Below, piece by piece: positions 1 to 8,493 of a DNA stretch of 29,764 nt. A program made the position numbers and the translations under genes. Each line of letters begins with the position of its first letter. The stretch's first letter is position 1. Under the pieces are notes generated by a model that did no database searches, was not told the DNA's origin, and saw only the letters and a program-made list of their open reading frames with translations. The stretch comes from Candidatus Sysuiplasma jiujiangense (GTDB lineage Archaea; Thermoplasmatota; Thermoplasmata; Sysuiplasmatales; Sysuiplasmataceae): assembly GCA_019721075.1 (NCBI GenBank), contig JAHEAD010000012.1, forward strand, positions 62,001 to 91,764, written 5' to 3'.

Positions 1-219
1 CCCTCTGTCATACTTATCACATCAGATAATTTCAGTCTTGCCCCTACCATAATCAATTTATCGACGCGTGCCACACCGAAATTCATCAGGTGACTGATTA
101 CTTTTGTTTATCCGTGTCGGGTAGAGCGTAGACAAGGGTTGTATCTTCCCGGCTTCCATCTAATCCACTCCAGAGAGTAACAGATAAGATTAATGTAGTT
201 GATGAAAAGTGTCATTATT

Positions 220-1197
220 ATGAACGATTACGTTGCCGTTGACTTCGGCGTCGCGAAGGAGCTAAAACTCGTGGAGGATACCCTCAAGAAGAGCGTTAGA
301 TCTGAAAGCCCTGCGCTGACCGAAATTGCAATGCATGTGATAGCCGCCGGCGGCAAACGGATCAGGCCCGCGATATGCATACTCGCGTACAAGGCGGTAG
401 GCGGCGGAGACAGTAAACTGCACTCGGCAGTCGACGCTGCTGTGGCTGTGGAGCTCATTCACAGTGCAACTCTCATACATGACGACATAACTGATGAAGG
501 AGAACAGAGGAGGGGAAAAGTCACAGCATACAGGAAGTATGGCGTTCACAATGCGCTGGTTGCAGGTGATTTCATGTTCGTACAAGGATTCAAGTATGGT
601 CAATTTCTCAGCCCCGAATCCATTAGAATAGCGGCTGAAGCATATGAAAAACTTGCAGAAGGGGAAATGCTACAGGAGCAGTGGAGAAACAATCCATCGG
701 TACCGATGAATGAGTACGTAAACATCATAAGCGGAAAGACTGCCTCTGTATTTTCAGCAAGTGCACAGCTAGGAGCTTTCCATGGTGGTGGAACTGATGA
801 CGAAATTGAGGCACTGGGATACTTTGGTACCAACGTGGGAATTGCTTTTCAGATAATTGACGACATCCTGGACATAACATCAGATGCCGACACCCTTGGA
901 AAGAGCGTCGGAAACGACATAAAAGAAGGGAATATGACATTGCCGCTGATACTGGCGATGAATAATGGCGTCGACAAAAAACTGCTTGCGGATGTCATAG
1001 CCAAGAAGAACAAACCCAGGGAACTCATTGAGAGTGCAATAGAGATGATAAGGGGAAGCGGATGTGTGCCGGAATCTCTCGGGATTGCAGAAAAGTATGC
1101 TAAATTGGCTAATGAAAGTCTGAAAAGACTAAAACCGTCTGCCCACAAGGATGCGTTAATAAAGCTCTCCGGTTCCATCATCAGCAGAGTGAGGTAG
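220..1197 (+). CDS. Polyprenyl diphosphate synthase (trans-IPPS family, probably medium/long chain)
   Basis: GGKRIRP, first Asp-rich motif HSATLIHDDITD followed by RRG, KTA, and second motif FQIIDDILD. ATG at 220 lies about 27 nt after a TATA-like ATTAAT; the ORF track start at 199 is an alternative. Confidence 0.93.
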   Translation: MNDYVAVDFGVAKELKLVEDTLKKSVRSESPALTEIAMHVIAAGGKRIRPAICILAYKAVGGGDSKLHSAVDAAVAVELIHSATLIHDDITDEGEQRRGKVTAYRKYGVHNALVAGDFMFVQGFKYGQFLSPESIRIAAEAYEKLAEGEMLQEQWRNNPSVPMNEYVNIISGKTASVFSASAQLGAFHGGGTDDEIEALGYFGTNVGIAFQIIDDILDITSDADTLGKSVGNDIKEGNMTLPLILAMNNGVDKKLLADVIAKKNKPRELIESAIEMIRGSGCVPESLGIAEKYAKLANESLKRLKPSAHKDALIKLSGSIISRVR

Positions 1198-1276
1198 ATC
1201 CCTTGGTTCTTCGATACAGGGTAATTTCTTTTCTAAATCATCCGTCCGACTTGAGCAATGCATAGGTGATGCTCAA

Positions 1277-2389
1277 ATGCGGAAATACGATGTTGTCGTT
1301 GTGGGAGCGGGTCCTGGAGGGAGTTCTGCAGCAGAGTATGCGGCAAGGAGCGGACTCAGTGTTTTATTCATCGACAGCAGAAGGGAGATAGGATGGCCTG
1401 TTCAGTGCGGGGAGTTTATGCCAAAAACAGAGGAGATTCACAGGCTCTTTTCCGAAGTGGACGAACCTTCTGAACTCTTCGATGTACCTGCACGGGTCGT
1501 ATCTAAGCCCACTTCAATAATACGGATGGTCTCTCCGGGCGGCAGAGACTATGACATAAATTTTTCAGGCTATTCTACAGAAAGAAGAGATTTTGACAAA
1601 TACCTTGCCGAAAAAGCTGTGAAGGCAGGCGCCGAATTGATGACAGACACAAAATTTCAGAAGTTTGACGGCCGAAACAGGGTGGTCACTTCCAGGGGGA
1701 CCTTTGAAGCAAAGGTCATCGTTGGAGCTGACGGTCCGTTTTCCACCGTGAGGAAGGAGATAGGGATTGAGTCACCGAAGCTGCTTTACCCTGCAATGTC
1801 AACAACGATGAACGGTGAGTTCGGGGACACTGTATACATGTACTTCGGCAATGCTGCTCCAGCCGGATATGCTTGGATTATTCCGAAAAATGGTGGAGCC
1901 AACGTTGGACTCGGAGCCGATCCTAACCTGACAAAAAGAAAGGTTGGTTTCTATGCAAGGGACTTTATCGAGGAGATAGGCAGAAAATTCAATACGAAAC
2001 CGAGACAGATCATCGCCGGCGGATGGGTGCCCATGGCAGGACCGCTGAAGAGGACAGTGGACGGAAACGTGCTGCTTGTCGGAGATGCCGCAGGACACGT
2101 AATGGCTACGAACGGTGGCGGAATATGCGTCGCTATGATATGTGGAAGGATCGCAGGCAGGGTAATAGGAGACAGCATCAACAAAGGGACCGCACTTGTG
2201 GAATATGAGAAAAAATGGAGAGCTGCGGTCGGAAGGGATCTGGAGACAGCAAGGAGAATGATGGGCTATGCACACTTCTCATTCAGCAATGACTGGATGC
2301 TCTCACTCCTGTTCAGAATTGCAGGCAGGAAGGGACTCGGCAAAGTTATCAAATGCAAGTCGATCTTTTCGCTCAAGGACTGGACCTGA
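1277..2389 (+). CDS. Geranylgeranyl reductase family FAD-dependent oxidoreductase
   Basis: Rossmann motif VVVVGAGPGG, PVQCGE, GADG, the GGR signature PAGYAWIIP (PxxYxWxFP-like) and VGDAAG...GGGI; SD AGGTGA upstream. Confidence 0.93.
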   Translation: MRKYDVVVVGAGPGGSSAAEYAARSGLSVLFIDSRREIGWPVQCGEFMPKTEEIHRLFSEVDEPSELFDVPARVVSKPTSIIRMVSPGGRDYDINFSGYSTERRDFDKYLAEKAVKAGAELMTDTKFQKFDGRNRVVTSRGTFEAKVIVGADGPFSTVRKEIGIESPKLLYPAMSTTMNGEFGDTVYMYFGNAAPAGYAWIIPKNGGANVGLGADPNLTKRKVGFYARDFIEEIGRKFNTKPRQIIAGGWVPMAGPLKRTVDGNVLLVGDAAGHVMATNGGGICVAMICGRIAGRVIGDSINKGTALVEYEKKWRAAVGRDLETARRMMGYAHFSFSNDWMLSLLFRIAGRKGLGKVIKCKSIFSLKDWT

Positions 2390-2405
2390 AAGCCGAATAA
2401 TTCGG

Positions 2406-2420
2406 AAAAGAAATAAAAGA
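2406..2420 (-). terminator. Probable oligo-U terminator for the minus-strand MFS gene
   Basis: Minus strand reads TCTTTTATTTCTTTT about 40 nt after the MFS stop, between convergent genes, next to a CCGAA-TAA-TTCGG hairpin. Confidence 0.4.
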
Positions 2421-2460
2421 GTTAAGATGTTTAATGTTCGTCTGCCGGGTTGCGCGGCAT

Positions 2461-3960
2461 TTACTCTGTCGTGCCTGTCGGGGCCCATTCACCTGATGCC
2501 TGTTCCAGCGTCGCCTGGTTTGTCTCCTTTATGAAGAGAGTGGTAACAGCGACTCCCATTATGGCGACAGCCGAAAGGAGCAGCATCATTCCGGAGTCGT
2601 GCAGGACAATTGTGAGTGTTCCAAAGGTCAGAACACTCAGCGCAGCGCCGAGTTTACCTGCACCCGCCGCTATTCCATGGCCCGTTCCCCTGAATCTGGT
2701 CGGAAAGGACTCTGCCGGTATAACAAATGTTGTTGTGTTTGGCCCGATGTTGCCGAAGAGGAACGTCAGACCGTATATTCCGACAAACGGAAGGCCCAGC
2801 GATATCAGCGAAGGGTCGAGTCCGAGCACCGCGAAGGCAATAGCCATTACAGAAAACCCTACAAACTGCAGTGTTTTTCTTCCCACTCTGTCAATTGTGG
2901 CGACTGCGATCCAGTAGCCTGGAATAGTAAACAGAATGTCAACTACTGCAGTGTATTCTTCAGCAATGAGCAGATGCTGGACGTGAGACAGACCGGGCGA
3001 ATAAAGCAGGCTCAGTGAATTCAGAAGCGTTGGAGTGTATATTGATGTGCCATAGAATGATATGTCGAAAAGGAACCAGCTGAGAGCTGTCCCCACAACA
3101 AGAGGAAGATATGATGAAAGGAGACTGAAATACGTTCCTTCGCGCCCCCTGATGTCCTTTCCTTTGACGCTCTTTCCTGTAAGATTGGAAATCACTTTTT
3201 CTGCCTCTTCCTTGTTTCCCTTCACCAGGTATGTGTATCTGGGCGTCTCAGGCATTCTCCTCCTGAAGTAATAGACTGAAATGGCAGGTATCGCTCCGGC
3301 CAGAAGAAGCAGCCTCCATACAAGATCAAGCGAGGTCGGAAATGAAGCAAGTAGACCAATACCGAGAACTATACCGGAGATGAGACCGAATCCCTGCATT
3401 GCAAAAACAGTTGCAATAAGCTTTCCACGGCTCTTTACGTTTGAATATTCACTCATTATGGTTGCGGACATTGGGTAGTCGCCGCCGATGCCTAAACCCA
3501 GAATGAGGCGGAATGCGACAAGTGAGATGAAACTCCATGCAATGCTCGATGCTATGGCACCAAGGACGAGTATGATCATTTCTATGCCATACACGGTCTT
3601 TCTGCCGAACAGATCACCGAGTCTGCCGAATATAAACGGCCCAACAGCAGCTCCGAATATAGCCGCTGCGCTTATCAGTTCAATTCCTGAAACAACTGCA
3701 GTCTTCCCAAGCAGCGGGAATGTGAAAAGGGAATGAGGTATTGGAAAGGGCGTGAAGAAACCGAACATCGCAACAATCACACCTATCACAAACAGATCGT
3801 ATGCGTCTGTAAAAAATCCCATACCCGCAATGAGTATCGTCTTCAGATGATACTTTTTTACGCTGGATTCATCAAGCGGTCTGAAGGGACTCGGAGATCC
3901 TGCGTCCCGGGGGTCTGCGGTTCCTTCTCCTTCCGACTCAGTTTTTGCCTTTTTATTCAT
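2461..3960 (-). CDS. MFS transporter, phosphate:H+ symporter (PHS, Pho84/PiPT-like) family
   Basis: About 12 hydrophobic helices; PHS-type motifs GMGFFTDAYDLF, GIGGDYPMSATIMSE, FAMQGFG, WFLFDISFYG and GPNTTTFVIPAESFPTRFRGTGHG. Confidence 0.88.
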   Translation of the reverse strand: MNKKAKTESEGEGTADPRDAGSPSPFRPLDESSVKKYHLKTILIAGMGFFTDAYDLFVIGVIVAMFGFFTPFPIPHSLFTFPLLGKTAVVSGIELISAAAIFGAAVGPFIFGRLGDLFGRKTVYGIEMIILVLGAIASSIAWSFISLVAFRLILGLGIGGDYPMSATIMSEYSNVKSRGKLIATVFAMQGFGLISGIVLGIGLLASFPTSLDLVWRLLLLAGAIPAISVYYFRRRMPETPRYTYLVKGNKEEAEKVISNLTGKSVKGKDIRGREGTYFSLLSSYLPLVVGTALSWFLFDISFYGTSIYTPTLLNSLSLLYSPGLSHVQHLLIAEEYTAVVDILFTIPGYWIAVATIDRVGRKTLQFVGFSVMAIAFAVLGLDPSLISLGLPFVGIYGLTFLFGNIGPNTTTFVIPAESFPTRFRGTGHGIAAGAGKLGAALSVLTFGTLTIVLHDSGMMLLLSAVAIMGVAVTTLFIKETNQATLEQASGEWAPTGTTE

Positions 3961-4090
3961 GTTCTCCCGGAGGGAAATGAGAACTGGCGGATAGATAGCT
4001 CGTTCGCTCTTAGACTAAGAAGCACGTTATAGACTATATAGAAACACATTGAAGACGGAAAGCATGATGAAGCGACAAACAAATGAAATT

Positions 4091-5155
4091 TCATCTGGAA
4101 ACGACAACCTTCACTTTGCCGAATTTTCCTCTTTTCGAATGCCTGTCCAGGGCCTGAGGCATACAGTCGAATGCGAATTCAGAATCGACAACCGTCTTGA
4201 TTTTACCTTCCGAAGAGGCTTGAAGCGCAGCTCGCAGGTCCCTGATCGAACCTGTAGTGGAGCCGACGAGCTCAATTTGTCTCGAATAGAGTCGCAGGAG
4301 GCTTATCTCTGAACCCGGACCCGTCATGGTCCCGCATGTCGCATATCTGCCGCCCGGGGCAAGGATTGAAAAACTCTGCTGGAATGTAGACTGACCCAGA
4401 AAATCTATTACAATATCCGGTCCGATTTTACCTGCAAAATCTCTGACACAATCGGCAAAGTTGTCCTCTGATGTAATGCAAACAGCATCGGCTCCGAGTT
4501 TTTGTAGCTCATAAACTCTTGCAGAATCGTTGACAACAGCCATTACGTTGCAGCCCCCCAGCTTCAATATCTGGATTGCGAACAGACCTATTCCACCTGT
4601 CGAGCCCATTACAACTGCGTTTTCGCCACTGTTCGGCCTGGCTCTTTCAACCATATGCCACGCTGTCATTCCGCTCAAAGGAACAGCAAAAGCGCTATCG
4701 AACGAAAGGTCGTCGGGAAGAGTGACAACGTTTCTTGCAGGTATCAGCGTTTCTTCCGCCCATCCGCCATTCATGGAAAGAGGGAGCATGTTTGTTGAAA
4801 GATCTACCGGCGCATGATCAGGATTCCAGCCGCTTAAACAGACACTTTCCTGGTCAGCCAGGCAATAACGACAGTTGCCACAGAACATCTTCGGAAAAAC
4901 CGCAACCCTGTCCCCTGGAAAGATGCCCTTGACACCACTGCCGATTTCTTCTACAGTACCGACGTATTCCGATCCCGGAATACGTGGAAGAGGAACCCAT
5001 TTGAAACGGCCGCCGATAACAAGCCTGTCGATATGATTGACTGCAGTTATTGCCACCCGCACCTTTACGGTACCCTCACCCGGATGTTCAGCGGCACTGT
5101 CTGCCAGCTTCAACCCGACCGGAGAACCAAATTCCACTATCCGCCAGTTTTTCAG
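4091..5155 (-). CDS. MDR superfamily zinc-binding dehydrogenase / NAD(P)H:quinone oxidoreductase-like protein
   Basis: Structural Zn motif CGNCRYC-x7-C, GSTGGIG nucleotide-binding loop and C-terminal GKFGKVKV. Catalytic Zn ligands are altered (VNHID, PGSE). Start placed at CTG 5155 (SD GCAGGTG, giving MKNWRIVEFGSP); the ORF track uses GTG 5137. Confidence 0.88.
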   Translation of the reverse strand: MKNWRIVEFGSPVGLKLADSAAEHPGEGTVKVRVAITAVNHIDRLVIGGRFKWVPLPRIPGSEYVGTVEEIGSGVKGIFPGDRVAVFPKMFCGNCRYCLADQESVCLSGWNPDHAPVDLSTNMLPLSMNGGWAEETLIPARNVVTLPDDLSFDSAFAVPLSGMTAWHMVERARPNSGENAVVMGSTGGIGLFAIQILKLGGCNVMAVVNDSARVYELQKLGADAVCITSEDNFADCVRDFAGKIGPDIVIDFLGQSTFQQSFSILAPGGRYATCGTMTGPGSEISLLRLYSRQIELVGSTTGSIRDLRAALQASSEGKIKTVVDSEFAFDCMPQALDRHSKRGKFGKVKVVVSR

Positions 5156-5397
5156 AAAAACACCTGCATTAACAAGAAGTTCGTCTGTAAGTAAAGTTTA
5201 TGATTAAGATATTAACCAAATCAGAAGGTATGGCAGTTGAAGACGCGGAATATGATTTGCAGTCTCAAAGCTCTAGTCATTGATTTACTTGGGGAGAATT
5301 GTCGTCAGTGCGGTAGATCATTTGACAGGACTGCTCAAAACGGGATTACAATGCATGCCCCACTTTCAATGTTAAGTTCCGCCTCACCTTCATGTGA

Positions 5398-5410
5398 GAA
5401 TTTTAAATAA
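5398..5410 (+). promoter_or_regulatory. Putative BRE/TATA box for the zinc-ribbon operon
   Basis: GAATTTTAAATAA about 95 nt upstream of ATG 5502. Confidence 0.45.
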
Positions 5411-5501
5411 TTGTATGACGATATGTCTGACAGAGTGGAATGATTGTTTTTCCGGACGGGAAGCAATCTACCGGCTGAAACAAACAGAGGATGAAGTACG
5501 A

Positions 5502-6233
5502 ATGTCGACCATTAGATGCCCTTCATGTAGTGCGCCTTCCGATGATGACGGCGGGAAGAAATATAACATCTGCAATCACTGCAGGACGCTCTATCTCTTT
5601 GATGGTACCGGCTCTTACGTTCCTTCTTATGCAGAGGCAAAACTGAAAGAATCCGAAGCCATACGAAGAATCCATGAGTGGGCCTCCGATGTAAAAGGAG
5701 GAAGAGAGTTCTCGAGAAACATCGAGCTGGCAAGAATGTCGTTAAAGCACCTTCCCTTATACATATACGGGAAAGACAGGACGGGAAACGACACGGAGGT
5801 CGTCGTCAGCGGAATACCGTCCATACAACCCGGAATCAGGCAAATAGATCCTGCCGGCACCCAGAAGACACAGGTAACTGCAGACACAGACATATCCGAT
5901 TTCCAGATGCCAAACACTGATCCGCAGGCATACATACAGATACTTTCAGTGGATCCCGGATCGAGGCAACTTCTTTTTTACCCTTTCTGGATTACACAGT
6001 ACGTCTACCGCGGGAAACTCAACACCATCACGGTTGACGCATACAATGGCAGTGTTTACGGTGATCTGAACGTCGAAGTAGAAAGAAAAAATCCAATTCC
6101 GCTTGCAGCTGGGAGTTTTGCAATAATTTTTGCGGAAGGATTCATAGCATTTTTCGGTATCGTTTACGCACTTGCTGCAATAGGCGTGACTGCGGCCGGA
6201 ATTGCCTTCTACACAAACAGGAGGAAGGAATAG
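5502..6233 (+). CDS. Zinc-ribbon membrane protein (YdjG-like), paralog 1
   Basis: N-terminal CPSC-x14-CNHC, LLFYPFWITQYVYRGK...VDAYNGSV motif and two C-terminal hydrophobic helices; SD-like GAGGATGA before ATG 5502. Confidence 0.8.
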   Translation: MSTIRCPSCSAPSDDDGGKKYNICNHCRTLYLFDGTGSYVPSYAEAKLKESEAIRRIHEWASDVKGGREFSRNIELARMSLKHLPLYIYGKDRTGNDTEVVVSGIPSIQPGIRQIDPAGTQKTQVTADTDISDFQMPNTDPQAYIQILSVDPGSRQLLFYPFWITQYVYRGKLNTITVDAYNGSVYGDLNVEVERKNPIPLAAGSFAIIFAEGFIAFFGIVYALAAIGVTAAGIAFYTNRRKE

Positions 6234-6234
6234 A

Positions 6235-7143
6235 ATGATGTCCAAGAGCGGCTGTGTCGAATGCGGCACACCCATTTACTTTGATGATTTTGATCCGGTT
6301 ACGACCTGCCCCAATTGCAGCACGGCGTTCAGACTTCCACGTGACAGTTCAGGGTCTTTCATCCTAACATACTCATACAACATCGGCGCAGATGATGCAA
6401 GATCCCGTGCGGTGAGCATCATCATGTCCAAATTCTGCCCGAACAGATTCAGAAACACATTTGATATCAGTGAAGTATTTCCCGTCTGTCTTCCGTTATG
6501 GGGGATAACAGCCAGAATATCCGGATGGACCTGTTCGGGAAACGGTGAATCGGAAACCGTATTGCCTGTGAACATGACTAAGAAATTCCGACTGCCGGCT
6601 TATGAAAATGTGGAGTATATCGGAGAGCCTTCCGATGTAAACGGATCTGAGGCGGTGATATCCCCTGAAAGACACTTTCCCTCCCTTGGCCTGACAATCA
6701 GGCCCGAGAATGTCAGGGAGCACACGGAGCAGGTCATGCACAGGGAGCTCTCGGTGCGCCATCCGGAATACACAGACAGCAGGCAACTGAAGGTTTCGAT
6801 TGTTTCGCAGACAATAATAATGTACCCGGCATGGATAGTGAGATTCCGGACCGGGAGAGGGGAGCATGCACTCACGATAGACGGCATAACCGGAGAGCTG
6901 ATGAACCAGCCTGATGTTCAGAAGATGAATGAAGGACTCATGCACGAAACTGCCATTGCACTTGCATGCTCAGGTCTCGCTGCTTCCGGTGCAGTGCTCT
7001 TCACCGCGACATCATTCCATGGCCCCGGCCTTGGGCTGATGACTTCAGGTATTGCACTTTTTGCGGTTATCAACAGCCTCCGCTACCTGCTCAGGACGCC
7101 TCATCACAGCCGTTCCAGGAATACAAGGAGAGTAACGGTATGA
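6235..7143 (+). CDS. Zinc-ribbon membrane protein (YdjG-like), paralog 2
   Basis: CVEC-x14-CPNC, LPLW and YPAWIVRF...IDGITGEL motifs, two C-terminal TM helices and a basic tail; starts 1 nt after the paralog 1 stop. Confidence 0.8.
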   Translation: MMSKSGCVECGTPIYFDDFDPVTTCPNCSTAFRLPRDSSGSFILTYSYNIGADDARSRAVSIIMSKFCPNRFRNTFDISEVFPVCLPLWGITARISGWTCSGNGESETVLPVNMTKKFRLPAYENVEYIGEPSDVNGSEAVISPERHFPSLGLTIRPENVREHTEQVMHRELSVRHPEYTDSRQLKVSIVSQTIIMYPAWIVRFRTGRGEHALTIDGITGELMNQPDVQKMNEGLMHETAIALACSGLAASGAVLFTATSFHGPGLGLMTSGIALFAVINSLRYLLRTPHHSRSRNTRRVTV

Positions 7144-7718
7144 ATCCCGTCTCGGAACGCTGCCCCAGGTGCGGAAAGAGCACAAAACTCGAAAGGGGCG
7201 AGATACTGGCTTACTGTTCCTCATGCAAGAGTCTGCATGAGATAGGGGAAAAATCGGTTGTGGATGTCGAGATAGCCAAGTTTGGCAACGTAACGGAAGG
7301 AAAAAGAGTTTACATACCGTTCTGGAGATTTTTCTGCTCTTTCAATCTGGATGACGCTGGGAATGAAGCACATGGCAATCTCAGGAATTTCATAAAGGAG
7401 GGCAACGGTGGCAGAATGTTTGTATATGTGCCTTCCGCGGATCTTAATCCTCGCGACCTTATAGAGATGGGAGCGCACATGACTGCATATAACCCTGTTT
7501 ATTCAACGACCTTTTCATTCAATGACATCGAGCACCTCAGGTGCACAAGGAACAGCAGCGACGCCAGGGGCGACATAGAATATTATTTCCTTGCGGCGGA
7601 AACCTCCGAAGGCAGAAAGGAGGACATAAGGAACGGTTTCAGCATAGATAGCACACACGAGAAGATGGTTTTTTTGCCGTTTTATCACAACGGAGATGAA
7701 TTTATTCCCGCTGTCTGA
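7140..7718 (+). CDS. Soluble zinc-ribbon protein (YdjG-like), paralog 3
   Basis: CPRC-x14-CSSC, VYIPFWRF and VFLPFY; no TM segment; ATGA start/stop overlap with paralog 2. Confidence 0.78.
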   Translation: MNPVSERCPRCGKSTKLERGEILAYCSSCKSLHEIGEKSVVDVEIAKFGNVTEGKRVYIPFWRFFCSFNLDDAGNEAHGNLRNFIKEGNGGRMFVYVPSADLNPRDLIEMGAHMTAYNPVYSTTFSFNDIEHLRCTRNSSDARGDIEYYFLAAETSEGRKEDIRNGFSIDSTHEKMVFLPFYHNGDEFIPAV

Positions 7719-8409
7719 CGTTCAGCGACTCCAGGTATTCAGTGACAACCTTTCCATGATCGAATGCAAGAGGCGGAATGGAAGTGACGGGAAAAAAGGA
7801 TGCCGAGGATGCATCGTCGCCGGCCCTGATGCTGCCTCCTTTCAGGTCAACAAGATAAACGGCACTGACCATCCTCACGCGCGGATCCCGGTCAGGATTG
7901 CTGCATATCGTGAGCAACCTGTTTATTTTCCCTCGGATACCTGTTTCCTCAAAGAGTTCACGCAGAGCGCATTGTTCAAGCGTTTCATGTTCATCCAGTA
8001 TACCTCCGGGCAGTGCATAAAAGCCCTTGTAAGGGTCGTGGGCCCTTCTGACAAGCAGAATCATGTTGTTGTGAATCAGGAGTGAATCGGCGGCGACGCT
8101 AGGGCTCTTCCATCTGTTCACAAGCTGTTCTTCGGAAAGACGGACCTTATTCCTGTATATGGCAGCAGCATTGCTGTATTCCTCCCCCTCCTTTATGACA
8201 AGATCGTCGTCGAAATCAATTCCGCTGCTGCCTGTAAGCTTCAAAAAGCGGTCGTTTATCCTCAGAACTGTCCGCCTGAATTCAACCGATCGCCTGTCCC
8301 CGGATGAAATAGACTCGTATTCTTCCTGGGTCCAGATGAGCTCTCCGTTGAAGAAAAGGTCAAACCTGGGTCTCAGCGAGTAACGGCTGCTGTTTCTGTA
8401 CATTTTCAT
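7702..8409 (-). CDS. Nudix hydrolase (ADP-ribose pyrophosphatase-like) with N-terminal extension
   Basis: Nudix box GGILDEHETLEQCALRELFEETGI, RDPR and LAFDH motifs. Start chosen at ATG 8409 (8403 also possible). Confidence 0.9.
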   Translation of the reverse strand: MKMYRNSSRYSLRPRFDLFFNGELIWTQEEYESISSGDRRSVEFRRTVLRINDRFLKLTGSSGIDFDDDLVIKEGEEYSNAAAIYRNKVRLSEEQLVNRWKSPSVAADSLLIHNNMILLVRRAHDPYKGFYALPGGILDEHETLEQCALRELFEETGIRGKINRLLTICSNPDRDPRVRMVSAVYLVDLKGGSIRAGDDASSASFFPVTSIPPLAFDHGKVVTEYLESLNVRQRE

Positions 8410-8493
8410 GAGACAGGATGGCGGAAGAGACAAAAATACTTGATTGCGCTGCCGATAAGCATTTGAGCAGATGACGGCCTGGGCAGGATAGAA

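Noticed and set aside
1..86. Open minus-strand frame at the left edge (possible ATG at 86, 50 or 11)
   Set aside because: Probably the start of a divergent gene, but too short to identify or to choose a start.
5414..5477. C/D box-like words (ATGACGA, CTGA, ATGATTG)
   Set aside because: Spacing does not leave two 10-12 nt guides; more simply the promoter and leader of the zinc-ribbon operon.
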